Assembly (NCBI RefSeq): GCF_963921235.1
Contig: NC_086097.1
Coordinates: 117,678,001 to 117,742,000, forward strand
Source of the DNA: Mobula hypostoma
Lineage: Eukaryota
Direction: 5' to 3'
DNA: 64,000 bases
Below are positions 13,370 to 25,139 of the stretch, in pieces; the first letter of the stretch is position 1, and each line of letters starts with the position of its first letter. A program made the position numbers and the translations under genes. The notes beneath the pieces are model-generated. The model was not told the origin of the DNA and did no database searches. It was given only the letters and a program-made list of their open reading frames with translations.

Positions 13370-15020
13370 ATAAAGTTCAAAATTAATTTTATTATCAAAC
13401 TACATATGTTACCATATACAATGCTGAGATTCATTTTCTTGTGGGCATACTCAATAAATTTATAGAATAATAAGTAGAACAGAATCAATGAAAGACCACC
13501 CAACTAGAGCATTTAACCAGTGTGAAGATGACAACAAACTGTGCAAATATAAAAAGATTAAATAATAATATAATAATAGTCTGCCTTTTCAGAATGGCAG
13601 GCGGTGACTAGTGGGGTACCACAAGGCTCAGTGCTGGGACCCCAGTTGTTTACAATATATATTAATGACTTGGATGAGGGAATTAAATGCAGCATCTCCA
13701 AGTTTGCGGATGACACGAAGCTGGGTGGCAGTGTTAGCTGTGTGGAGGATGCTAAGAGGATGCAGGGTGACTTGGATAGGTTAGGTGAGTGGGCAAATTC
13801 ATGGCAGATGCAATTTAATGTGGATAAATGTGAAGTTATCCACTTTGGTGGCAAAAATAGGAAAACAGGTTATTATCTGAATGGTGGCCGGTTAGGAAAA
13901 GGGGAGGTGCAACGAGACCTGGGTGTCATTATACACCAGTCATTGAAAGTGGGCATGCAGGTACAGCAGGCGGTGAAAAAGGCGAATGGTATGCTGGCAT
14001 TTATAGCGAGAGGATTCGAGTACAGGAGCAGGGAGGTACTACTGCAGTTGTATAAGGCCTTGGTGAGACCACACCTGGAGTATTGTGTGCAGTTTTGGTC
14101 CCCTAATCTGAGGAAAGACATCCTTGCCATAGAGGGAGTACAAAGAAGGTTCACCAGTTTGATTCCTGGGATGGCAGGACTTTCATATGAAGAAAGACTG
14201 GATGAACTGGGCTTGTACTCGTTGGAATTTAGAAGATTGAGGGGGGATCTGATTGAAACGTATAAAATCCTAAAGGGATTGGACAGGCTAGATGCAGGAA
14301 GATTGTTCCTGATGTTGGGGAAGTCCAGAATGAGGGGCCACAGTTTGAGGATAGAAGGGAAGTCTTTTAGGACCGAGATGAGGAAAAACTTCTTCACACA
14401 GAGAGTGGTGAATCTGTGGAATTCTCTGCCACAGGAAACAGTTGAGGCCAGTTCATTGGCTATATTTAAGAGGGAGTTAGATATGACCCTTGTGGCTACG
14501 GGGGTCGGGGGTATGGAGGGAAGGCTGGGGCGGGGTTCTGAGTTGGATGATCAGCCATGATCATAATAAATGGTGGTGCAGGCTCGAAGGGCCGAATGGC
14601 CTACTCCTGCACCTATTTTCTATGTTTCTATGTTTCTATAATAAATAAGTAAGCAATAAATGTCGTGAACATGAGATGAAGAATCTTTGAAAGTAAGTCC
14701 ATTGGTTGTGGGAATATTTCAAGTAAAGTTAAATGATGTTATCCCTTTTGGTTCAAGAGCCTGACAGTTGAGAGTTAGTAACTGTTCCTGAACCTGGTGG
14801 TGTGAGCTCCTGTACTTTCTTCCTGATGACAGCAACAAGAAGAGAGGATGACCTGGGAAATGAAGGTCCCCAATGATTGATGCTGCTTTCCTGTAATGTG
14901 CTGAATAGTTGGGAGGTATTAACCCATGTTGGACTGGGCCATATCCACTACTTCTTGTAGGATTTTCTGTTCAAGTGAATTGGTGGTTCCATACCAGGCT
15001 GTGAGGCAACTATTCAGTAC
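13370..15020 (-). mobile_element. Rex1/Babar-like LINE 3' UTR and C-terminus, split by a young CR1 insertion
   Basis: Same UTR (aagttcaaa...tttattatcaaa.tacata...gagattcattttcttgtgggcatactcaa) as copies at 16555, 38535, 49015 and 49722; resumes at 14641 after the CR1. Confidence 0.7.
13579..14637 (+). mobile_element. Young 5'-truncated CR1 LINE (C-terminal half of RT + 3' UTR)
   Basis: Open 318-aa frame with SGVPQGSVLGP, YINDLD and intact FADD motif; ends in (TTTCTATG) repeats; possible ATAATA TSD (13573-13578 / 14638-14643), which is low-complexity. Confidence 0.95.
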
Positions 15021-15459
15021 ACAATGAAATATATTTCAGAAGATTGATATTTAGCAGAAAGTGCATTTATGATACAAGTTAAAAAGTAAACAGTATAACA
15101 CTACTGGTGTTTCATACATGATGATAGCTGGGCGGTGGATGACCATTCAGTCATTTCATGGCCTGGGGGAAGAAACTGTTTCCCATCCTAGAGCCCTTGT
15201 CCTATATTGAAACCAGGTTTTAAGTACATAATGATGGTCCACTAAGACTAAATGTTCAGAATCCCGATTCAATTTGAACCTACAAAATCATTTTCCCCCT
15301 TCTCCCTTTCCTCGCATCTCCGTTATTTGTCCTAACTAAATTCCATTGGAGTGATAAGATGAGCTCATTCTAAGATGAGCTCATTTGCATTCGCTCTTGT
15401 GATCAGGTAGATGCATACTTATCATATAAGAACTGGACAATTTATACCCCTCACTAAAC

Positions 15460-15898
15460 ATCATCAGCATTATCAACATTATCATTATCTATTATGCCAC
15501 TGACGTTTAGGGCAGCAATGAAGGTCCTCCAACTCTGACAGTATTCAAGATTTCTCTCGTCATATCAGCAACTTACTCTCAGTTTTCACTACTGTCATGC
15601 AAGTCTTGGATGGAGACTCAGGAGTACCATTGCACTCAGATGTAGAAGCATTCTTCATTGCTGCTTCTGTAACAACTTTGTTTTATCAATCAGGATTGCT
15701 AACATTGAGCTGAACCCGGGAACCTGGAGGACCGCTGGACCACTTTTAGTCTGAACTCTACCCTTTGATCTGTTTGGCTTGGATGACCCTACCAAGAGCC
15801 AAAGCATAAAACCCTGGCTCCAGCCAATATAGCTCTCTGGGTCATTGAGACACAGAAGCATCCAAGTTATGACAATGTTGTGGTCTTCTTGGAGGACT
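15460..15898 (-). mobile_element. Bipartite RTE-derived non-autonomous element (RTE 5' UTR joined to 3' end)
   Basis: Minus strand begins with an RTE-type 5' UTR (ac.acattgtcataacttggatgctt..gtgtctcaatgacccagagagctat.ttggctgg) and ends ggaccttcattgctgccctaaacgtcagtggcataa plus a (TGA/TAA)n tail; no ORF2. Confidence 0.6.
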
Positions 15899-16110
15899 AA
15901 ACATTATCAGAGTTGATTAATTGGTGAGATTCACAGTGACTTTTTATTGGATCTGCTGAATATCAACTGACTGGTATGATTATCTATTTTTCAGAAATAT
16001 TCCATTCAATGTAACATCCTTAGGAAACTGCTGTTGTAGAACACATTAAAAATTTCAAGATGTTTTTATCAAAAAGTCCAGCTCCTGTAATAGCTGTTAA
16101 TTTTTTTTGG

Positions 16111-16222
16111 CATGCCACGTAAGCATAATGGTATTACAGAGCCAGCGACCTGGGTTCAAATCCCGCCATGGGCTCGGCTCGTTGGACTGGAAGGACCTGT
16201 TAGCATGCTGTAAATCTCTAAA
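16111..16222 (+). mobile_element. Short V-SINE derivative (head joined to tail)
   Basis: ttacagagccagcgacctgggttcaaatcc (B box) joined almost directly to ggactggaaggacctgtta.catgctgta tail. Confidence 0.55.
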
Positions 16223-16554
16223 ACAGATTCCACCAACCTCTTGATCTTTGAATCAGTTTGCTTTGAAACAAGATTGAAACAGCTTGATGTTGATTTTCCT
16301 TTTTGAGCACATTTAAGTGGTTTGGAGTTTCATTTGGATGAAAGTATCACATCACCTCACATTCCACACAACATAGTCACTTCATACTCAAAGGTTATGA
16401 TTTTATTCCTGTTTTAGTTGTAAAGAGAGGTTTTATTAAGCCCATTTTAAATGCAGAAAATCACTATGTGCAATTCCTTGGAAATGTGGTCTACCTTGTT
16501 GCAGGATTTTTCTTTTGTCCTTGAGTGATTCAGAAGTGCAGTACATAAGTTTAA

Positions 16555-17440
16555 AATTCAAAGTTTAAGGTAAATATATTATCAACATACAGATATGTAA
16601 CTGTATACAACCCCAAGATTCATTTTCTTGAGGGCATACTCGATAAGTCCAATAACCTTAATAGAATCAATGAAAGACCACACCCAGCAGAGCGAACAAC
16701 CAGTGTGCAAAAGACAACAAATTGTTCAAAAAAAATTGTTCAAAAGACAACTAACTGTTCAAATACAAAAGAAAATAAAGAGATAATAATAAATCAATAA
16801 GCAATAAGCATCGGGAGCTTGAGATGAAGAGTCCTTGAAAGTGAGTCCATAGGTTGTAGGAATAGTTTAGTGTTGGGGTGAGTGAAGTTGATTTATCACC
16901 TCTGATTCAAGTGCCTGATGGTTGGGGGTTAATAACTGTTCCTGAACCTGGTGGTGTGAGTTTTGAGGCTCCTGTACTTTCTTCCTGTTGGCAGCAGTGA
17001 GAAGAGAGCATGTCCTGGTGGTCAGGCTCCCTGATGATGGATGCTGCTTTCCTGCAACAACGCACCATGTAGATGTGCTCAGTGGTGAGGAGGGCTTTAC
17101 CTATGATAGGATTGGGCCATATCCATCAAGGGCATTGGTGTTTCCATACCAGGTTCTGATGCAGCGAGTTAATATACTCTATAGAAGCTTGTCAAAGTTT
17201 TAGATGTCATGACAAATCTTTGCGAACTTCTAAGGAAGCAGAAGAACTGCTGTGCTTTCTATGTAATTACACTTACATTCTGGGCCCAGAACAGGTCCAC
17301 TGAAATAATAACACCGAGGATTTTAAAGTTGCTGACCCTCTCCACCTCTGATCCCCTGTTGAGGACTGGCTCATAGACCTCTGGTTTCCTCCTCCTGAAG
17401 TCAATAAATTGTTACCTGGTCTTCTGACATTGAATAAAAG
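16555..17440 (-). mobile_element. Rex1/Babar-like LINE 3' fragment
   Basis: Same UTR family as 13370; coding remnant (DFRRRK...QRWRGSATLKSS.., KKAQQ.FCFLRSS) on the minus strand. Confidence 0.75.
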
Positions 17441-17914
17441 GCTCTGTGTCAGACTCCCAGTGTGTGATACCAATGCCACATTCTCTGACAATTGAAATAG
17501 AGGGTAGCTTCAATGCATTTTTCTCTGGCATCCCATTTTCTTTTATCATTGTGAGAATTTTCTTTGGTAGGTGTGAATCAGGCACATTTTCATTCTACTC
17601 TATTTGTCTCAATTACAATATGTAACTGATCCTTGAGCTTATTTCTTTCCAAATAATGTACTAGTTCTGTTTTTTTTTAGGTTTTATCACATCTTTCTGT
17701 GAGCCATATAAACCTTGGAACTGTAGAGTAAGTTGGGATAACTACTGCTTTGTAATAGAATGACTTTTATGTACTTTGCTGCTATGGCTATTGAGCATCT
17801 AGCAAGGTAACACACCTGAATCCAGTGCTGAATTACAATGTATTTGCCTTCTGGGAGCAATGGCTGTCAAGAAAGGGAATATGTTCTGCATTTTCCAGTT
17901 CCTCGCTGACAATG

Positions 17915-18787
17915 TATATTCAGTGGCCACTTTATTAGGTACAGGAGATACCCAATAAAGTGGTCACTATTTTTTTTGGTGGTCTTCTGCTGCTGTCACA
18001 CATCCACCTCAAATTTCGACGTGCTGTATCTTCAGAGATGCTCTTCTACACACCACTGTTGTAACACGTAGTTATTTGGGTTACAGGTGGCCCCCATTTT
18101 TCGAACATTCACTTTACGACAGCTCGCTGTTACGAAAGACCTAAATTGGTACCTTGTTTTCGCTAACCAAAGAGGATTTTCGCTTTTATGATAAAAAAAG
18201 ACACCCGCTTTATACGTGTGTTTACCCCGAGATAGACTACCATGACCGTGAAGCCTTGTGTGGGCAGTTGTGTGCGCATACATGTACGTGCGTATGCATA
18301 TACATGCCGACTTTCTTTCTCCAAATCAATTTTGGCTCGCTGTCGTCCCGATTTTGATAAGTGAAACTACACCATAGATACATTATTTCTACTTTATATA
18401 GGCTGTGTATTTATTATAACATTCCTGCTTTTACTATATGTTCTTGTTATTTTATGTTTTATGTGTTATTTGGTATGATTTGGTAGGTTATTTTTTGGGA
18501 ATGCTCAAAAATTTTTCCCATATAAATTAATGGTAATTGCTTCTTCGTTTTACGACACTTCGGCTTACAAACCGTTTCATAGAAACGCTCTACATTCGGA
18601 TAGCGGGGGAAAGCTGTACTGTTGTCTTTCTGTCAACTTGAATCAGTCTGGCCATTCCTCTCTGACCTCTCTCATTGACAAGGTGCTTTCACCCACAGAA
18701 CTGTCACTCACTGGACTTTTTTTGTTGTTTTTTGCACCATTCTTCATAAACTCTGGAGACTGTTAATGCATTAAAATCTCAGGAGAT
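17915..18787. mobile_element. Tc1-derived non-autonomous element, interrupted by a Tigger/pogo-like MITE
   Basis: Starts cagtggccactttattaggtac with an inverted copy (aataaagtggtcact) just downstream; similar copy at 55285-55390; host sequence is continuous across the 18084-18616 insert. Confidence 0.65.
18084..18616. mobile_element. Tigger/pogo-like MITE (533 bp) with TA target duplication
   Basis: TA|CAGGTGGCCCCCATTTTTCGAA ... TTCGGATAGCGGGGGAAAGCTG|TA: imperfect ~22-bp TIRs, TA on both sides, no ORF. Confidence 0.8.
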
Positions 18788-18969
18788 TCTCAAAAGAATG
18801 TTGATTTTAAATAATCAACAGCTCAGAGTCATGTCAAATTAAGTTATTTCTGATTACAAACCCTAGTTACTTCAAGGATACAGATATTACTTGATCCAGG
18901 ATAGCCCGTGTTCACAGGTTTCTATGGAATATGCATATTGATGTTTATTGAAGTTCTGAGGCTGTGACT

Positions 18970-19450
18970 TGGAGAGTTTTTGCCACTTCTACAAATGTAC
19001 CATGGACAGCGTTCTGACAGATTGCATCATCGTGTGGTATGGAGGGGCCACTGCACAGAAAAAGCTGCACAGGGTTATAAACTCAGCCAGTCCAGTCATA
19101 AGCACTAGCCTCTCCAGCACATTTTCAAAAGTGATGCCTCAGAAAGGCGGCAGATATCACCACAAAGGACATGCCTGCTTCTCATTAATATCATTAGAGA
19201 GGAGGTACAGAAGCCTGAGAAAAACCATAATCGGTGTTTTAGGAGTTGCTTCTCCCCCACCACCATCAGATCTCTGAACCCATCAACACTAACTATTTTT
19301 GCTCTCGGTTTGCACTACCTATTTCTTTTTTATATGTAGAGTATACTTACGTAATTCAATAGTATATTTTGCCTATTGCATTAGACTGTTATCACAAAGC
19401 AACATATTTTACAACTTATAGTATGTCGATGATAATAAACCTGATTCTGA
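18970..19450 (+). mobile_element. Rex1/Babar-like LINE 3' fragment
   Basis: FYKCTMDSVLTDCIIVWYGGATAQKKLHRVINSAS...GHACFSL...RRYRSLR (ORF 18969-19277) and aataaacctgattctga tail. Confidence 0.8.
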
Positions 19451-19496
19451 TACAATCAAACAACAGGCTGGTGCAATCAAACAGATGGGTCCAAAT

Positions 19497-19975
19497 TCCC
19501 TCTCCCTTGCTCTCGTTTCCGTCCTCCCTCCTCCTCTCCTTCTCTCTCTCTCTTCCTCTCTCCTTCTCTCTCTCTTTCTTTCTCTCCCTCTCTCCCTTTC
19601 TCTTTCTCTCTCTGCCTTTCTCCCTTTCTCTTCCTCTCTCCCTCTCTTCCTCTCTCCCTCTCTTCCTCTCTTCCTCTCTCCCTCTCTCCTTCTCTGCCTC
19701 TCTCCCTCTCTCCCTCTCTGCCTCTCTTCCTCTCTCCCTCTCTCCCTCTCTCCCTCCCTCTCTCCCTCTCTTCCTCTCTTCCTCTCTCCCTCTCTCCCTC
19801 TCTCCCTCTCTCCCTCTCTCCCTCTCTTCCTCTCTTCCTCTCTCCCTCTCTCCTTCTCTGCCTCTCTCCCTCTCTCCCTCTCTGCCTCTTCCTCTCTCCC
19901 TCTCTCCCTTTCTCTCTCTCTCTCCCCTTTCTCTCACTCTCTCTCTCTATCTCTCTCTTTCCCCCCTCTCTCTCA
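19497..19975 (+). repeat. Polypyrimidine microsatellite, (CTCTCTCC/CTCTCTTC)n
   Basis: About 480 bp almost exclusively C/T with ~8-bp periodicity. Confidence 0.95.
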
Positions 19976-20244
19976 TTCCTTTGATCTCTTCAACAAACCC
20001 AAGTTTCATACTTTTTGTTTCACTTTTGCATTCCACAAGTATGCTTTGTATATCCTCATTTATTCCTCTCATCCACATCAGACACCGGCCACCGCCAAAC
20101 AAATTCAATCATCCATGACATTTGGTCAGTAAGTTACGTCATCTTTATCATTTCTTGGTATCATTGTTCAGTTCACCTCCACTGACCGTACAGTTCACCT
20201 TCTACATAGTCGCAATGGTCACCATTCCTTCATTAAGCTTTTTC

Positions 20245-21845
20245 CAATGGTATGCAAAAGTTTGGGCACCCCTGGTCAAAATTTCTGTTACTGTGAATAG
20301 CTAAGCGAGTAAAAGATGACCTGATTACCAAAAAGCATAAAGTTAAAGATGACACATTTCTTTAATATTTTAATCAAGATTACTTTTTTATTTCCATCTT
20401 TTACAGTTTCAAAATAACAAAAAAGGAAAAGGGCCCAAAGCAAAAATTTGGGCACCCTGCATGGTCAGTACTTAGTAACACCCCCTTTGGCAAGTATCAC
20501 AGTTTGTAAATGCTTTCTGTAGCCAGCTAAGAGTCTTTCAATTCTTGTTTGGGGAATTTTCACCCATTCTTCCTTGCAAAAGGCTTCTAGTTCTGTGAGA
20601 TTCTTGGGCCGTCGTGCATGCACTGCTCTTTTGAGGTCTATCTACAGATTTTCGATGATGTTTAGGTCGGGGGATTGTGAAGGCCATGGCAAAACCTTCA
20701 GCTTGCGCATCTTGAGGTAGTCCATTGTGGATTTTGAGGTGAGTGTAGGATCATTATCCTGTTGTAGAAGCCATCCTCTTTTCATTTTCAGCTTTTTTAC
20801 GGACGGTGTGATGTTTGCTTCCAGAATTTGCTGATATTTAATTGAATTCATTCTTCCCTCTACCAGTGAAATGTTCCCCGTGCCACTGGCTGCAACACAA
20901 TCCCAAAGCATGATCGATCCACCCCTGTGCTTAACAGTTGGAGAGGGGTTCTTTTCATGAAATTCTGCACCCTTTTTTCTCCAAACATACCTTTGCTCAT
21001 GACAGCCAAAAAGTTCTATTTTAACTTCATCAGTCCACAGGACTTGTTTTCAAAATGCATCAGGCCTCTTCAGATGTTCCTTTGCAAACTTTGATGCTGA
21101 ATTTTGTGGTGAGGACTCAGGAAAGGTTTTCTTCTGATGACTCTTCCATGAAGGTCATATTTGTGCAGGTGTGGCTGCATAGTAGAACAGTGCACCACCA
21201 CTCCAGAGTCTGCTAAATCTTCCTGAAGGTCTTTTGCGGTCAAACGGGGGTTTTGATTTGCCTTTCTAGCAATCCTACGAGCAGTTCTCTCGGAAAGCTT
21301 TCTTGGTCTTCCATACCTCATCTTGACCTCCACCATTCCTGTTAACTGCCTTTTCTTAATTACATTACGAACTGAGGAAACAGCTACCTGAAAACGCTTT
21401 GCTATCTTCTTATAGTCATTTATTTTAATTTTCAGAGTGCTAGGCAACTGCATAGAGGAGCCCATGGCTGCTGATTGTTGGGACAAGGTTTGAGGAGTCA
21501 GGGTATTTATAAAGCTTTGAAATTTGCATCACCTGGCCTTTCCTAATGATGACTGTGAACAAGCCATAGCCCTAACAAGCTAATTCAGGTCTGAGACCTT
21601 GGTAAAAGTTATCTGAGAGCTCAAATCTCTTGGGGTGCTCAAACTTTTGCATGGTGCTCCTTTCCTTTTTTTCACTCTAAAATCGTACAAAACAAAAATA
21701 ACACACTAATCTTGCTTAAAGTGTTGAAAAGAATGTTTCATCTTTAACTTTATGACTTTTGGAGATCAGTTCATCTTCTACTCACTTAACTATTCACAGT
21801 AACAGAAATTTTGACCAGGGGTGCCCAAACTTTTGCATGCCACTG
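20245..21845 (-). mobile_element. Full-length IR/DR-type Tc1 DNA transposon (1601 bp)
   Basis: ~210-bp TIRs starting CA(A/G)TGG(T/C)ATGCAAAAGTTTGGGCACCCCTGGTCAAAATTTCTG at both ends, with inner direct repeats at ~20440-20460 and ~21632-21652. Flanking TA dinucleotides have decayed to TC and CA. Confidence 0.95.
20465..21465 (-). pseudogene. Tc1 transposase (DD34E), disrupted
   Basis: MGSSMQLPSTLK...GRPRKLS (HTH), WTDE, VKH.GGSIMLW, QQDND-(34 aa)-SPDLNIIE, ending AKGGVTKY*. Frameshift near 21090 and premature TAG at 20642. Confidence 0.93.
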
Positions 21846-21904
21846 CACTATATTTCTCTCAGCAACGCCAGTTTAAAAACTAATGTGAATACTAACACTC
21901 TTAT

Positions 21905-21990
21905 GGCATGGCAGTGTAATGCCTAGCACAATGCTTCACAGTACCAGTGACCCAGGGTACAGTTCCGCTGCTGCCTGTAAGGAGTTTGTA
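21905..21990 (+). mobile_element. V-SINE 5' half, split by the Gypsy element
   Basis: Matches 10927-11013 up to ...ctgtaaggagtttgta; the remainder lies at 37696-37885. Confidence 0.7.
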
Positions 21991-24900
21991 ATGCAGGTTT
22001 CTGCAAGTAAAACAAAGTGAGGTGTTTTATATCTAATGAAACCCGTAACATATTTTATTGAACTCCCTCAAAAGCTACATAATAAAAGCATGTTAAAACC
22101 CTTTTAATATCATCACATCAGACCAGCCTCTTAGTGAAATCCCAACTCAATGTCCATGGTTGTGAATTATGCACATGTCTCCCCATTATGATAGCCTACG
22201 TAGGCCCCACCCCAGAATTCACGACAACCAGCATTGTGAGCCTGCCTGAAGCTCGGATGAGCTGCCCAGCTCGGGTCCTGTGTTCCATAAGTGGAGGAAC
22301 CATAGGTGCCTCTGGCTCGTCCAGAGGTGTGTTGACACACACGTGGTCATGTTGTGATGCCAGGGGTGTGGCAGCAGTATGCTCCAAACCTTGGTGGGCC
22401 GGTTTAAGGCCATCTACCCAAATACGTTCCAGTTTACACCTCTTATCTATGACAAAAGTCTTTTCTCCCCATTCCAAAACACAAGGGGGCCTAAGGGGAT
22501 GCTGGTGTGTGTTATGGTGGATAAAAACAAACGAGGCAGAATGTAGGTCGACAGGGACCCAAGTGTGTTGGGAGACAGGAATCGGTGAATTTACTGAGGA
22601 GGGTGGAACACTGTTCAGAGGCCAACCAGGCAGTCATGGTGTCAGAAAGGAAATCACCTGGCATTCATAATGGCTGCCCGTATACCAGCTCAGCCACAGG
22701 CGACTGCAGGTTCTCCTTTGGAGCAGTTCTGAGCCTCAGCTGGACCCTCGCGAGCCGATCGTGATTAGTCAACTGATTAGTCAGGGAAGTCCTCAGAGCA
22801 GCCTTTAAGGAGTGGTGAGACCTCTTGCTTAGACCATTGGACTACGGGTGATATGCCATGATGTAATGTAGCCTAACGCCAAGGTTCTGGCCCATCGCAT
22901 CCCAGAGGTCTGAGATGAACGGGGGACCACAGCCAGAGGAAATATTGGGCCAAGCAACCCAGGTGCTGATGAATACCCAAGCCACGTCTGTGGTTGAGGG
23001 ACGACGTTTGGCCACCTGGTGGTGCAGTCCACCATGGTAAGAAGGTGCATGAAACAGCGGGAGGGAGGAAGAGGACCAACAAGGTCTACATTGACATGGT
23101 CAAACCATCACTCAGGGACCTCAAAAGGAACCAATATATCCTGAACATGGTGGTTAATTCTTGCCTACTGCCACTCCACACAAGCTGCCATCCAATCACA
23201 CACATCCTTTCTAAGGATGTGCCAAACAAACTTTAGTGCAACCAGTTTCCCTGAGACCTTCTGGCCTGGATGCGAGAGGCCATGTATGGGGTTGGAAGCA
23301 GACCATCTTCAATCTGTGGGCACAAACGCGTGATGGCAATCAGTTGAGACATCACACAGAAGAGAAACCCCAGCCTCCCCAAACATAATGTCAGCCATCC
23401 GCGGGCCTGTGACTGCTGTTTGGTAAGACTCGACCTCTGAGTCAGTAATTTGGTCAGCTATCATGCTGACAAAATCAACCCCTATGTGTACGGCCTCAGT
23501 GGCTGGCTGTGAGAGACAATTGGCCAGGGCATCATTTTTCCCCTTGATGTGCTGTATATCAGTTCTGAAATCAGATAGGTGGGCCAGGTGGCATTACTGC
23601 TGTGCAGACCAAAAATCGGATATTTTGGCCATCGTGTGCACGAAGGGTTTGTGGTCAAGAACGCTGTGAAATAGTGACCCTCTACAAGTAAACAAAAATG
23701 GTGGACAGCCAGATAGAGACCAAGAAGCTGACGGTCAAATGTGCTCTTCTTCCTTGGGGGAACAAAGCTGCCGGCTGAAGAAGGTGAGTGGCTGCCACAC
23801 GCCTCCAACCAACTGTTCATTCACAGCAAACACAGTACAGTCTGAGGCGTCAGTTGCAATGTCTATGGGTATATTGGGGAGCAGGTGAGCCAGTAGAGCC
23901 ATGTTAGAAAGAGCCCGTTTGGTATCATCAAATGCCCTGGTCACGTCCACTGACCAGTCAAGCCCTTGATTAGGGGTATTGCCTTTAAGCACACTATACA
24001 GGGGGAGCATGTTCAGCAGCTCGCAGAATGAAGTGGTGATAGAAATTCACCATGACGAAAAAACCCTGTCGTTTTTTTAATAGTGTGGGGTGGTGGGAAA
24101 TCCATAGTAGTGTCTACCTTTGATGGGAGGGGTTTCACACCTTCTGTGGAGATGCGATTGCCAAGAAACTCAATGGTTGACAACCCAAACTAGAACTTAG
24201 CAGGGTTAATAATCAACCCGTGTCAGAGTAAGTGCTGAAAAGGTGTGCAGAGATGAGATATGTGTTCAGATTTGGATGCACTGGCAGCAAATATGTCATC
24301 TGGGTAAACAAAAAGAAAGCCTAAGCTTTTCAATATAGAGTCCATCAGCCATTGGAATGTCTGTGCTACATTTTTCAGATGAAACAGCATGCGCAGAAAC
24401 TCAAAAAGGCCAAACAGGGTTCTCACAAGCTGTTTTAGGAATGTCTTTCGAGACCCACAGGTACCTGATGGCAGCTTCCAACTAGATCAACTTCGGAAAA
24501 ATATAACTTTCCAGCTAAGTGTGCCGCAAAATCTTGGATGTGGGCATTGATTAACGATGGGGGTGGTGGCCACGTTAACACGTGGGTAATCATCACATGG
24601 GCTGCACCCACTATCACACTTAGGGACTAGATGGACGGGAGAAGCCCGGGGCTACGTGACCGCTGTACGATTCCTAGTCTTTCCATGTTGGCAATCTCGG
24701 CTTTTGCAGTTGCCAGATTTTCTGGGTCCAGTGTACGCGCACAGGCCAGTTGAGGGATTGTGATGCTTGACCCCATGTTTTGCGAATCTATTGGAGAAAG
24801 TGGGCAAGGTGAGGTTTGGGAATTTGCCCAGCACTCGAGTAAACGCACATGCAGTCATGCATGCATTTGACAGAGTCATTGTGGGGAGCTCACTGGGGGA

Positions 24901-25139
24901 GCTATCATAAGGAGGTGGCTGGGGATGGACCCAAGTGCAAGACACAGACACTGAAGTACTAGGGACAAGACTAGGATACAGGATGATGGCAAGGACGTGG
25001 ACACGAAAACCAGGAACCTGGAACAGGACAGGACAAGAGAGTTAGGAGTCCGGGCTTGGACACCGAGCCAGACACTTGTCAAGGATCCAGTACCTGGGTC
25101 TTGCCTCTGGCTCTGACCCCAGAACTAGGCAAGGACGAG

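Noticed and set aside
13604..14560. 318-aa RT ORF as an active or domesticated gene
   Set aside because: 5'-truncated CR1 lacking the N-terminal RT motifs and endonuclease; the open frame is explained by youth.
16708..16765. Short local duplication caaaagacaac / aattgttcaaaa
   Set aside because: Ordinary slippage within an A-rich LINE UTR.
19369..20132. 249-aa, 215-aa and 173-aa ORFs (SL-rich / RE-rich)
   Set aside because: These are translations of a CT microsatellite.
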